A stretch of 64,000 bases of DNA, taken from the IMG/VR virus record IMGVR_UViG_3300025096_000004, positions 96,001 to 160,000 of that record. One strand, 5' to 3'. Below the pieces are notes generated by a model. The model did no database searches. It was given only the letters and a program-made list of their open reading frames with translations, and was not told the DNA's origin. Positions within the stretch are counted from its first letter, which is position 1. The number at the start of each line of letters is the position of its first letter. Positions 10,735-19,309 of this stretch are shown here, in pieces. Made by a program: the position numbers and the translations under genes. This DNA is from a virus.

Positions 10735-11268
10735 ATGAATGTATATATAGGATTAGATATTAGCACCTCCAAGATTGGTATGGCACTTATTGCCGAGGAC
10801 CAAACTCTTGTCGAGACAAAACTAGTGAAACTCAATTCAGCCAATAGCCTTGAAACAAGGGCTATGAACTTTGCAATGCACTTAATAACATTCCTCGGTC
10901 CAAAATACAAGGCCATTGGTGTGTTTGTTGAGGAGCCCGCATCTATATTCTCCATGGGCCGCTCGTCTGCGCATACAATCTCTAAGCTTCAAAGGTTTAA
11001 CGGTATGTGTTGTTATGCAATTGCCACTGGATTGGGAATGAGCGCAAAATTGATTCCCGTTAGATCCGCAAGGTCATCCGTTGGAATTAAAGTTAAGCGA
11101 GGAGACAACACGAAGCTTGAAGTTATTAAATGGGTGAAACAAAAATATCCAAAAGATTTTTTATTTGAAATAACAAGGTATGGAAATCCCAAACCCGGTA
11201 CGGATGACATGGCAGATGCAATCGTCGTTGCCCTTGCAGGAATAAATCAAAAAAAACTTGACAAATAG
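10735..11268 (+). CDS. RuvC-like Holliday junction resolvase
   Basis: YIGLDISTSKIG (first Asp), VFVEEP (Glu) and DDMADAIVVALAG (C-terminal Asps) give the RuvC/RNase H acidic pattern. Confidence 0.8.
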   Translation: MNVYIGLDISTSKIGMALIAEDQTLVETKLVKLNSANSLETRAMNFAMHLITFLGPKYKAIGVFVEEPASIFSMGRSSAHTISKLQRFNGMCCYAIATGLGMSAKLIPVRSARSSVGIKVKRGDNTKLEVIKWVKQKYPKDFLFEITRYGNPKPGTDDMADAIVVALAGINQKKLDK

Positions 11269-11286
11269 TGGCAACTGTGTTATATT
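11258..11286 (+). promoter_or_regulatory. Sigma70-type promoter (TTGACA-17-TATATT, extended -10 TG)
   Basis: TTGACA 11258-11263, 17 nt spacer, TG at 11278-79, TATATT 11281-11286; primase ATG follows 6 nt later. Confidence 0.8.
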
Positions 11287-11292
11287 ATTATT

Positions 11293-12231
11293 ATGACAGA
11301 AAAACATTCTATTATTAATAATATACTTGGCGGATATAAAAGGGTTAGTGGCGAATGCCTCTATCACTGTCCGTATTGTGGACATCACAAAAAAAAGATG
11401 TCAATTAACTTTCCGAAAAATGCGTTTAAATGTTGGGTTTGCGATGAGCGTGGCAAAAACATTTATCGCCTTGTTCGTAAGTTTGGTAACTTTCAACAAC
11501 GGCAAAGATGGTTAGAATTAGATGGTCGCTTGGATTTATCCGAGTTTGACAAGTTGTTCGTCGCTCTCAACGATGAAAAGATTGAGCCAACAACGGAACT
11601 TCCACCAGAATTTATTTCACTTTGCAATAGGCACCTTCCTCGTTCTTCTCAAAGACCGCTTCATTATCTCCATGAGAGAGGTCTAAACCAGAAGGACATT
11701 TTTAATTGGAAGGTTGGCTATTGTAAAGATGGAGAGTACGGCGGTCGAATCATTATCCCATCTTTCAACAATAACGGAGACATAAATTATTATATAGCGA
11801 GATCTTATGTAGGGCACAAGTGGAAATATAAGAACCCACCGGTGAGCAAAAATGTGATCTTTAATGAGTTATCCATCGATTGGGATGAGTCAGTAGTCCT
11901 TGTCGAGGGCGTGTTCGATGCTGTCGTCGCGGGACGAAATGCCATCCCAATCCTTGGATCAACTCTCAGAGATAATACAAAATTGTTTCAGGCTATTGTT
12001 TTGAATGATAGTCCTGTATATCTTGCCTTGGATGCTGATGCTGATAAGAAACTCAGCCATATTGTTAAAAATCTTTTAAAGTATGACATTGAAGCTTACA
12101 AGGTTGATACCTCCGATATTGAGGATGTAGGGTCAATCACAAAAGCCCAATTTGATACAAGATTAGCTACAGCGCAGCCAATAACATTTGACGATTTCTT
12201 TCTCATGGGTGAATTACGAAGGGTTATATAA
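11293..12231 (+). CDS. DNA primase (Zn finger + TOPRIM)
   Basis: CPYCGH..CWVC zinc-binding domain, RIIIP, YIAR, KYKNP, LVEGVFDA and ALDADA TOPRIM motifs. Confidence 0.9.
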   Translation: MTEKHSIINNILGGYKRVSGECLYHCPYCGHHKKKMSINFPKNAFKCWVCDERGKNIYRLVRKFGNFQQRQRWLELDGRLDLSEFDKLFVALNDEKIEPTTELPPEFISLCNRHLPRSSQRPLHYLHERGLNQKDIFNWKVGYCKDGEYGGRIIIPSFNNNGDINYYIARSYVGHKWKYKNPPVSKNVIFNELSIDWDESVVLVEGVFDAVVAGRNAIPILGSTLRDNTKLFQAIVLNDSPVYLALDADADKKLSHIVKNLLKYDIEAYKVDTSDIEDVGSITKAQFDTRLATAQPITFDDFFLMGELRRVI

Positions 12232-12461
12232 TGCACGTATTAGATTTACATGGGACTCACCATGAAGATGTTGAGTCAAGGTGTCATCGTTTTATAAATG
12301 AACATTGGGGCAATCAACTTAAAATTGTTACGGGTCATTCTTCAACTATGCAATCAATTGTATGTAATGTTCTTAATCAATATAACCTACAATATATAGT
12401 TGGCGGAATCACAGGAAGCGAAGGATATATAAAAATATTTAAGGGAGGAATAAATGTTTAA
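12231..12461 (+). CDS. Standalone Smr-domain protein (putative endonuclease)
   Basis: 76 aa; VLDLHG and LKIVTGHS match the Smr DLHG and IITGxG motifs; TAATG coupling to primase. Confidence 0.7.
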   Translation: MHVLDLHGTHHEDVESRCHRFINEHWGNQLKIVTGHSSTMQSIVCNVLNQYNLQYIVGGITGSEGYIKIFKGGINV

Positions 12462-15400
12462 GATAGCTCACTTGGGTGATACCCACATAAGGAACTTGAA
12501 ATATCATCAGGAATACCGGATAATATTCAAGGAACTTTATAAAAAACTCAAAGCGGATAAGCCGGATTATATCGTTCACTGCGGCGATATAGCACATACT
12601 AAAACGCAGTTAAGTCCAGAGTATTTTCAATTAGCCTCCGAGTTCCTCTCGGAGCTTTCTGCTATTGCGCCATTGATTGTCATCCTTGGTAACCACGATG
12701 GCAATTTGAAAAACGAAAGTAGAGAAGACGCAATTACACCAATCGTTAATGCACTGGAGAATCCACAAATCACTCTTTTGAAGGATTCTGGAGAGTATTC
12801 ACCCGAAACCGGTCTAACATTTAATGTTTTGAGCGTTTTCGACAGAGAGAATTGGATCAAGCCGTCATCGGACCAATCAATCAACATAGCTCTATATCAT
12901 GGCTCAATTAGCGGTTGTTTGACCGATACCGGCTGGATTATGTCTCATGGCGAGGATGAAGCAACCATATTTAACGATCATGATTATGCTCTTCTCGGAG
13001 ACATTCACAAGCCTCAGTTTCTCGACTCCAAGCGCAAGGTTGGCTATTGTGGCTCAACCGTTCAGCAGAACTTCGGCGAAGACCAGAACAAGGGCTATAT
13101 GATATGGGAGATCAAAGATAAAGATAATCATGTGGTCTCGCACCATTCGCTCTACCATCCAAAGCCATTTATTACGGTGACTCTTAACACTGACGGGACT
13201 CTACCAGAAGCAGACGTTCCAAAGTATTGCAGACTTCGCTTGGTTACCCCACGAAACCTTCCAATTAGCCAACTTCGGAAAGCCTCTGACATGGCTAGGG
13301 TAAAGTGGCGTCCGTATAGTGTTGCGTTCTTAAACCGTGGAAATGCAACAACTTCTGGGCAAAACTCGGCATCTGCTAACATCACCGAGAATCTCCGAGA
13401 CCTGAAGGTTCAAGAGAAGCATATTCGAGAATACCTCAAGGACTACAACCTTGATGAGGTCATTATCCAAGAGGTGCTTGATCACAATCTCAAATATAAT
13501 CGACTGGCAACTGAGAACGAAGAGATAAGCCGCAATGTTGTATGGCGTGTAAAAGAGATAGAATGGGACAATCTATTCAACTATGGTGGAGGCAATAAAG
13601 TAAATTTTGACAAACTAAGGGGTCTCGTTGGAATTTTTGGAAAAAACTATTCCGGCAAGTCATCGATTATTGATTCGATCTTGTTCACAATGTTTAATTC
13701 AACTTCAAAGGGCGAGCGCAAAAACGTTCATATTATAAATCAAAATAAACAATCAGCAAAGTCTAAGATAAAGATCGAGATTGGTAATGAGTTAGTTGAA
13801 ATATCTCGTAACCTTAATAAGTACGAGAAGAGGTTAAAGGGAAAAGTTACGACAGAGGCAAAAACAGATTTAAACTTTCACAATCATACACTGGGCGAAT
13901 CTATTAATGGCACTTCTCGAAATGAAACTGATGCCAACATCCGCAAAAAGATAGGCACTTTGGATGACTTCCTTTTAACATCAATGGCTTCACAACTTGA
14001 TTCTCTTGCTTTTGTTAAAGAGGGTTCGACCAAACGGAAAGAGATACTTGCAAAGTTTTTGGATCTTGAACTGTTTGACAAGAAGTTTAAATCGGCGAAA
14101 AAAGATGCTTCTGATATGAAGGCTGTGCTTAAGAGGCTGCAAAACAAATCATGGGCTGTTGAGATTGAAAATTCGAAAGCGGCAATGGAACAAATCGGCG
14201 AAGAGGTTGAACAAAAGTCTGCAAAATGCAAAGAACTTAATTCAGTATTGACACGTCGACAGGCAGAGTTAATAGAATTAGAAAAACAAATAGATTCGGT
14301 TCCTGTGGAGCCAATTAACATTGCTGAGATTCAAGGAAAAATACAACAGTTTGAATTCGAGATCCAAGAGAATATAAGAAAGAAACTGGAATACAGAGGC
14401 CGCGCCAAACAAAATGAAGAGCTTGCTGATGAATTAGAAATAGAACTCAAAAACATACCACTTGATAAATTGCAAAAGTTAAAAGAGCGATCATTGGAAT
14501 TAAGTGAAGAAAGGAGAAAAAAACACTCAAAGCACAAATTGTTAAATTCTCAAATTGCAAATTTAGAAAAAAAGCTTGAAATGCTTGAGGGCCACAAATA
14601 TGATCCAAATTGTAAGTATTGTACCGATAACAAGTTTGTTAAGGATGCAAAGGCAGCGCTGGATAGTTTGCCCCAATTGAGAGAGAAAGAGCTAGAACTT
14701 GCTGAAATAGTACAAGGTTTGACCGAAAAACTATCAATTATGGACATATCTGAGATAGAAGAGCGAATTCAAAAATGTGACAAGATCCAAGTAAAAATTG
14801 ATAAATCAAAAGCAGATGCTAAACATCTTCGACATAAGGTTGAAAAGTGTGATCTCACAAACGAGCGCATTAAATCTGATCTTATAGATTTAAGACGTAA
14901 AGAGTCGCTGTATGAAGAGAACAAAGAAACAATTGAGAACCTTGGTACTTTATGCAAGGAACAGATATCTCTTAAAAAGATGATATATAAGAAGCAAGTT
15001 GATTTGGATAATTGCAATTCTAGATTGCAACTCCTTTATATTGATCAAGGCTCGGAGACCACAATATTAAAAAATCTAAAAGAGAACCAACAAGAGCTTG
15101 AAAAAATGGAAAGACAATGGACAGCTTATGATTTGTATATGCAATGCATGCACCCCAATGGTATTCCATATAATATTATTAAACAATCGCTTCCTCTGAT
15201 CAACGAAGAGATAGCAAAGGTATTGGCGAACATTGTCGAATTTGAAACATTTTTTGACAATACCGATGGCAAGCTCGACATTTATATCAAACATCCAAAT
15301 TATGATCCTCGACCTTTATCAATGGGATCGGGAGCAGAGAAGACAATCGCTGCAATGGCAATACGCCTAGCTCTGATTTCAATAACGAATTTACCAAAAT

Positions 15401-15597
15401 CCGAACTATTTATACTTGACGAACCAGCAACAGCTTTAGACCAAGAACATATGGAAGGTTTTATAAGGCTTTTGGATATGATTAAGAATCAATTCAAGAT
15501 CGTTATTCTGATCTCCCACTTGGACTCTCTTAAAGATGTTGTTGATATGACGATTGACATTCAAAAAAATGGCGACTATGCCAAAGTGAGGATTTAA
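12454..15597 (+). CDS. Fused SbcD/Mre11 nuclease - SbcC/Rad50 ATPase (T4 gp47-gp46-like)
   Basis: Metallophosphoesterase motifs GDTH, GDIAH, GNHD, LYHG, GDIH; Walker A GKNYSGKS; long coiled coil with CKYC hook (14611-14622); Walker B/D-loop ILDEPATALD; H-loop ISH. Confidence 0.9.
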   Translation: MFKIAHLGDTHIRNLKYHQEYRIIFKELYKKLKADKPDYIVHCGDIAHTKTQLSPEYFQLASEFLSELSAIAPLIVILGNHDGNLKNESREDAITPIVNALENPQITLLKDSGEYSPETGLTFNVLSVFDRENWIKPSSDQSINIALYHGSISGCLTDTGWIMSHGEDEATIFNDHDYALLGDIHKPQFLDSKRKVGYCGSTVQQNFGEDQNKGYMIWEIKDKDNHVVSHHSLYHPKPFITVTLNTDGTLPEADVPKYCRLRLVTPRNLPISQLRKASDMARVKWRPYSVAFLNRGNATTSGQNSASANITENLRDLKVQEKHIREYLKDYNLDEVIIQEVLDHNLKYNRLATENEEISRNVVWRVKEIEWDNLFNYGGGNKVNFDKLRGLVGIFGKNYSGKSSIIDSILFTMFNSTSKGERKNVHIINQNKQSAKSKIKIEIGNELVEISRNLNKYEKRLKGKVTTEAKTDLNFHNHTLGESINGTSRNETDANIRKKIGTLDDFLLTSMASQLDSLAFVKEGSTKRKEILAKFLDLELFDKKFKSAKKDASDMKAVLKRLQNKSWAVEIENSKAAMEQIGEEVEQKSAKCKELNSVLTRRQAELIELEKQIDSVPVEPINIAEIQGKIQQFEFEIQENIRKKLEYRGRAKQNEELADELEIELKNIPLDKLQKLKERSLELSEERRKKHSKHKLLNSQIANLEKKLEMLEGHKYDPNCKYCTDNKFVKDAKAALDSLPQLREKELELAEIVQGLTEKLSIMDISEIEERIQKCDKIQVKIDKSKADAKHLRHKVEKCDLTNERIKSDLIDLRRKESLYEENKETIENLGTLCKEQISLKKMIYKKQVDLDNCNSRLQLLYIDQGSETTILKNLKENQQELEKMERQWTAYDLYMQCMHPNGIPYNIIKQSLPLINEEIAKVLANIVEFETFFDNTDGKLDIYIKHPNYDPRPLSMGSGAEKTIAAMAIRLALISITNLPKSELFILDEPATALDQEHMEGFIRLLDMIKNQFKIVILISHLDSLKDVVDMTIDIQKNGDYAKVRI

Positions 15598-15852
15598 ATG
15601 ATGAGTGAAAGCGAAAGAGAAAGTCTGGTCGAGGACATTAAAAAAGAATTGTACCTTGACAACAAAGACAAAGGCATGTTAGATGCCATTCAAGAGAAGA
15701 TGATAAGCAGAAAGCTTTTGGTTTTCTTAACTGCAACTGGCCTTATGTATTGGTCAGATCTTGACCCTGAAACTTGGGGTATGATTGCTGTTATGTATAT
15801 TACTGGACAATCTGTTATTGATGCAGTTAAAGCATGGAAATGGGGCTCCTAA
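15598..15852 (+). CDS. Small membrane protein, holin-like
   Basis: 84 aa with two hydrophobic segments (KLLVFLTATGLMYW; TWGMIAVMYITGQSVI). Confidence 0.5.
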   Translation: MMSESERESLVEDIKKELYLDNKDKGMLDAIQEKMISRKLLVFLTATGLMYWSDLDPETWGMIAVMYITGQSVIDAVKAWKWGS

Positions 15853-15855
15853 TCA

Positions 15856-16257
15856 ATGTGGTGGCTTGCAGCTAAAAAGTGGCTCAAGATATCTGCTATA
15901 TGGTGCAGGCAACACTGGCGATGGGTCGTTTTAGGCGGCTTTGCGCTAGTGATGTATTATTTTGGGAGAAAGGCCTCTAAAGCCCAACTGATTCAAGCCA
16001 AGCTTGCTCTTAAATCATATGAAGCCGAAAAAGCTGCAATTGAGCGAGCCCATGCAAAAGAAGTCGAAGATATAAAAAAAGCACAGGCTAATTACTCTAA
16101 AGCTTTGGCACACATAAGCCAAAGATATTCTGGAGAGACCAATTCTTTAAAAATCAAAGAAGAGAAGAAGATTCGAGATATGATCAAGAAAGCTAAGGAT
16201 GATCCTGAAGAAGTTGATAGGATCTTAGAACAAGAACTGGGAATTAAAAAAATATGA
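15856..16257 (+). CDS. N-terminally anchored coiled-coil membrane protein (i-spanin-like topology)
   Basis: WVVLGGFALVMYYF hydrophobic segment followed by an Ala/Lys/Glu helical region. Confidence 0.5.
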   Translation: MWWLAAKKWLKISAIWCRQHWRWVVLGGFALVMYYFGRKASKAQLIQAKLALKSYEAEKAAIERAHAKEVEDIKKAQANYSKALAHISQRYSGETNSLKIKEEKKIRDMIKKAKDDPEEVDRILEQELGIKKI

Positions 16258-16424
16258 AAATCGATATTAAAACAATGATGTCTATCTTGGCAGCATCCGC
16301 CATCCTCGGCGGTTTTTATTATACAACTCAACATCGGCTTGATCTTCTTGAGGCAGACATTGCAGACCTTGAGACTGAAATTACGAAGGTCCGCAAAATT
16401 GCAAACAGGAAAAACAAACAATGA
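16254..16424 (+). CDS. Small TM + coiled-coil protein (56 aa), not in ORF track
   Basis: MKIDIKTMMSILAASAILGGFYYTTQHRLDLLEADIADLETEITKVRKIANRKNKQ. ATGA overlaps at both ends fill the gap between neighbours exactly. Confidence 0.75.
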   Translation: MKIDIKTMMSILAASAILGGFYYTTQHRLDLLEADIADLETEITKVRKIANRKNKQ

Positions 16425-17233
16425 AATTATCAAAAGAGCAGCTTAACCATATTATCAAAGAAGAACTACAGGGACAGATTCAGGATATAAAAGCAAAATT
16501 GATGACTATCGATGCCTCGGGAGATCCGAATGCTAAGGGTTGGAAATATTGGAAATATGCAGGTAGCGGCCCAAGTGATTTCGAAATAGTAGATAGCTAT
16601 CTTAAAGCATCCGGTGAGCCCGGTCTTTCAAGCCCCGACACTGATCGAACCCCAAGCGAAGAGGAAGAACAGCAATGGGGGAATTCAATGGATGATGTAT
16701 TCGCGTCTATGCATACCAAATTGAACAAAGAATCCAAACAAATGAAATTAACAAAAGAACAACTTGCAAATATCATCAAAGATGAACTTGCGAAGACACT
16801 AAAAGAATATGGCCCATTTGGTTCTGCGATGGAACATTCTCTTTACGACAAGGTCAAATCAAACATTCAAAGGATTTCCCATGATGGATCCAAAGGTCTG
16901 GAAGTTCGGAAACATGTAACATTGTTGCAGAAACTGGAAGACAGCAGTTGGGACCCTGATGAATTCAACAACCCAGAGACAGCACACGGAGTGTGGACGG
17001 ATGTTTTTATGGACACCATGAATGATACCTATTGGGATGGCAAACAAGAAGTTGATATTAGATTTTCAACACCGGAAATAGAGGAAATGTGTCCTGACTG
17101 CGGCCCCGTCTGGGACCAAGTGGTGAGAGATAACGGAATGGACGGCCCCGGCTACGGCTCAGAACAAGAACCATGGTCCGACATCGTCGACGCTGTGAAA
17201 GAGAAGAACCCACAATATAAGGATTTTGAATAA
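16421..17233 (+). CDS. Putative internal head protein with two MKL.KEQL..IIK.E leaders
   Basis: Leader at residue 1 (MKLSKEQLNHIIKEEL) and again in frame at 16742 (MKLTKEQLANIIKDEL); acidic body. Confidence 0.65.
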   Translation: MKLSKEQLNHIIKEELQGQIQDIKAKLMTIDASGDPNAKGWKYWKYAGSGPSDFEIVDSYLKASGEPGLSSPDTDRTPSEEEEQQWGNSMDDVFASMHTKLNKESKQMKLTKEQLANIIKDELAKTLKEYGPFGSAMEHSLYDKVKSNIQRISHDGSKGLEVRKHVTLLQKLEDSSWDPDEFNNPETAHGVWTDVFMDTMNDTYWDGKQEVDIRFSTPEIEEMCPDCGPVWDQVVRDNGMDGPGYGSEQEPWSDIVDAVKEKNPQYKDFE

Positions 17234-17490
17234 TGAAACTAACAAAAGAACAACTTGCGAAGATTATTAAAGAAGAGATAGGACAGATGGCAGAAGCTGG
17301 CCGCTATGGCCTTGGTTCACAAAGGCCCGATTCCTCTTTCAATGAATTGCCCGATGAACCAACAACAATGTCGGGAGCCGAATCAGCAAATGATTTGCGA
17401 ACAGCTATTGCACAGTTTGTCGCAGACAATCCACAACTCTCAGACCCCAAAGCAACAATCATGGCTATTATAGATGAGGCATTGAGATAA
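17233..17490 (+). CDS. Putative internal head protein (MKLTKEQLAKIIKEE leader)
   Basis: 85 aa; shared leader; TAATG coupling. Confidence 0.7.
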   Translation: MKLTKEQLAKIIKEEIGQMAEAGRYGLGSQRPDSSFNELPDEPTTMSGAESANDLRTAIAQFVADNPQLSDPKATIMAIIDEALR

Positions 17491-17535
17491 GGTGAAGCTA
17501 ACAAAAGAACAACTTGCGAAGATTATTAAAGAAGA
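17239..17535 (+). repeat. 38-nt exact direct repeat (17239-17276 and 17498-17535) encoding the shared leader
   Basis: ctaacaaaagaacaacttgcgaagattattaaagaaga occurs at both positions; a diverged copy is at 16742 onward. Confidence 0.9.
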
Positions 17536-17905
17536 ATATGCCAATGTTAAAGAATCGTGGCAACAAAAGATGTTCGGCGGAGAAGAGGAAATAATTCCAC
17601 CATCCGAACCCGCCCCCGCTTCTAAAGAATCTGAGAGTTGGAAGACTCTCGAAAGACTTGTGAGAGCTACCAACAAAGAATTTCCTGAATTGAATTTGGG
17701 CTTCCCTCTGCTTCGTAAATTTTACAAACTACACCGAGCCCATGGCCGCCAAGATATAGGATGGAGATTGCCAAAGATCACACAAATCATTCCAATGGAA
17801 GGTGGCCGATACGACATAGTATTCGCCGATGGCACCCAAGAAGTGTATCAAGATCGCTTTACTGACAGGGGCCACCGTGGAAGCGCTTTCCGAAGTACTT
17901 ATTAG
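17492..17905 (+). CDS. Putative internal head protein (MKLTKEQLAKIIKEE leader, GTG start)
   Basis: 137 aa; shared leader. Confidence 0.65.
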   Translation: MKLTKEQLAKIIKEEYANVKESWQQKMFGGEEEIIPPSEPAPASKESESWKTLERLVRATNKEFPELNLGFPLLRKFYKLHRAHGRQDIGWRLPKITQIIPMEGGRYDIVFADGTQEVYQDRFTDRGHRGSAFRSTY

Positions 17906-17952
17906 ATGAGCTTCGAGGTCATAAAAGAAAAAAATCTTTTTGAAAAAATATG

Positions 17953-17981
17953 TTGCACAAATCGTATAACCATGTTATATT
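17953..17981 (+). promoter_or_regulatory. Sigma70-type promoter (TTGCAC-17-TATATT, extended -10 TG)
   Basis: TTGCAC 17953-17958, 17 nt spacer, TGn + TATATT 17976-17981, in an AT-rich intergenic gap. Confidence 0.65.
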
Positions 17982-18022
17982 ATTATTATTACTTAAATTG
18001 TCTAATGTATAGAGGAGGATAG

Positions 18023-18448
18023 ATGAAAAGTTTTGTTTTAGCGTTCTTATTGGTTTACTCGCCACCTGCCAACGCAGAAGAGCCGGTGTTCACCCCACTT
18101 AAAAAAGGTCAAAAAGCCCCTTTCGATGGGAGGTTGTTTAATAACGCAGCCGTTTCTAAATTCATTATAGAAGACAGGCTAAAGGTCGAACAGTGTAATG
18201 TTCAAATCGAATATGAAGTTGGAAAAGCAAATGCCGCCTCAAAATATCAATTTGATCTCCATTCAGCAAAGTGTGAAGCTGACGACCACAGACTTCAAGA
18301 TATGATAGCCATTCGAGACGACGAGATAAAGTTTTTGAGAAAGTCATATGAGCCCCCGAAACACCAATGGTGGCTCGCCGGTGGATTTGTGGTTGGAGCA
18401 GCCTCCGCCATCGGCATCATGTATGCTGTTGCTCCGGGACTACGATGA
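18023..18448 (+). CDS. Exported protein with signal peptide and C-terminal TM helix
   Basis: AGGAGG SD; MKSFVLAFLLVYSPPANA signal-peptide-like start; helical middle; WWLAGGFVVGAASAIGIMYAV at the C-terminus. Confidence 0.65.
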   Translation: MKSFVLAFLLVYSPPANAEEPVFTPLKKGQKAPFDGRLFNNAAVSKFIIEDRLKVEQCNVQIEYEVGKANAASKYQFDLHSAKCEADDHRLQDMIAIRDDEIKFLRKSYEPPKHQWWLAGGFVVGAASAIGIMYAVAPGLR

Positions 18449-18822
18449 AGGAAAAAGATCCCAACTATGTTGCAAAGGTGGAACAAGCCATAGCGAAGAA
18501 ATATGGCGAAGAAACAATTCAACACCCAAAGAAAGATTGGACGAATGAAAAAGAAAAGGAATACCTTGAGCAACAAAAACAATTACACTTCAAAGATATT
18601 CAAGAAGAAGATATTGACAAAGTTCAAGTAAATGGAGTTTTTGTTCCCAAAAAACTAATTAAGAAGAACTCTAATCGTTCTTGTCCCGTTTGTAATATAT
18701 ATTCATTCAAGTCAAACGATGATGTGTATATGTCAAAGTTTGAGTGTTGTGAAAAGTGTTATATCCAATGGGTCGAAGGTCGAGAAGAACGTTGGAAAAC
18801 CGGATGGAGACCAAATAACTAA
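18445..18822 (+). CDS. Zn-finger-containing hypothetical protein (125 aa)
   Basis: Start reassigned to the ATGA overlap at 18445; CPVC..CCEKC cysteine cluster. Confidence 0.65.
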   Translation: MKEKDPNYVAKVEQAIAKKYGEETIQHPKKDWTNEKEKEYLEQQKQLHFKDIQEEDIDKVQVNGVFVPKKLIKKNSNRSCPVCNIYSFKSNDDVYMSKFECCEKCYIQWVEGREERWKTGWRPNN

Positions 18823-19295
18823 TGGCAACAAAAGTAACAGCATCAACTTTAAAAGTATCTGTTAAAGAGGAAATCACTCTTAACGGCAAGAAACATGAAT
18901 ACCGCCATGAGCAGTCCATTGCTGATATCAATATGATTTCACAGCGAATTGTGAGAGTTCCGTACACTGGTACTGAAATAATTTTATCATTTGGAAGTGC
19001 GATTGGTGCCGGCACATATATTGCAGGAGACGTAAAGTATATTCGCGTAACAAATTTAGATGATGCTAATTTTGTTAAATTGGGACTACTTGATTCCGGC
19101 GCTGGTGATCGAGCTTATTTTAAACTTGAAAAGGGCGATACTATGATTTTTCACAATACAAAATTAGAGGCAAAAGCAGATACTAGCGGTGCATGGGTTG
19201 CTTTTGCGGATATTGAATCAATTAACGCGATAGCAGATTCCACCCTCGCCATCCCCGTCGATATAGAAGTTTTCGTTGCATCAAGTCAAAGTTAA
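18822..19295 (+). CDS. Hypothetical protein (157 aa, beta-rich, probably structural)
   Basis: TAATG coupled ORF; no catalytic motif recognised. Confidence 0.6.
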   Translation: MATKVTASTLKVSVKEEITLNGKKHEYRHEQSIADINMISQRIVRVPYTGTEIILSFGSAIGAGTYIAGDVKYIRVTNLDDANFVKLGLLDSGAGDRAYFKLEKGDTMIFHNTKLEAKADTSGAWVAFADIESINAIADSTLAIPVDIEVFVASSQS

Positions 19296-19309
19296 GGAGA
19301 AACTAAATA

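Noticed and set aside
10728-10735. Perfect T4 late promoter TATAAATA
   Set aside because: It overlaps the ATG and the sigma70 -10 box, so it could not transcribe this start; probably a by-product of the AT-rich promoter.
17233-17535. 38-nt direct repeats as a possible CRISPR array
   Set aside because: Only 2-3 copies, separated by more than 200 nt, in frame at gene starts, not palindromic, and no cas genes seen.
17906-18022. 38-aa ORF (MSFEVIKEK...YYYYY...) in the intergenic gap
   Set aside because: No SD, and it runs through the promoter and AT-rich spacer; composition looks non-coding.
18367-18444. Upstream extensions given in the ORF track for genes 18367, 41108 and 61541
   Set aside because: Better-supported starts exist at 18445 (ATGA coupling), 41159 and 61547 (AAGGAG SD).
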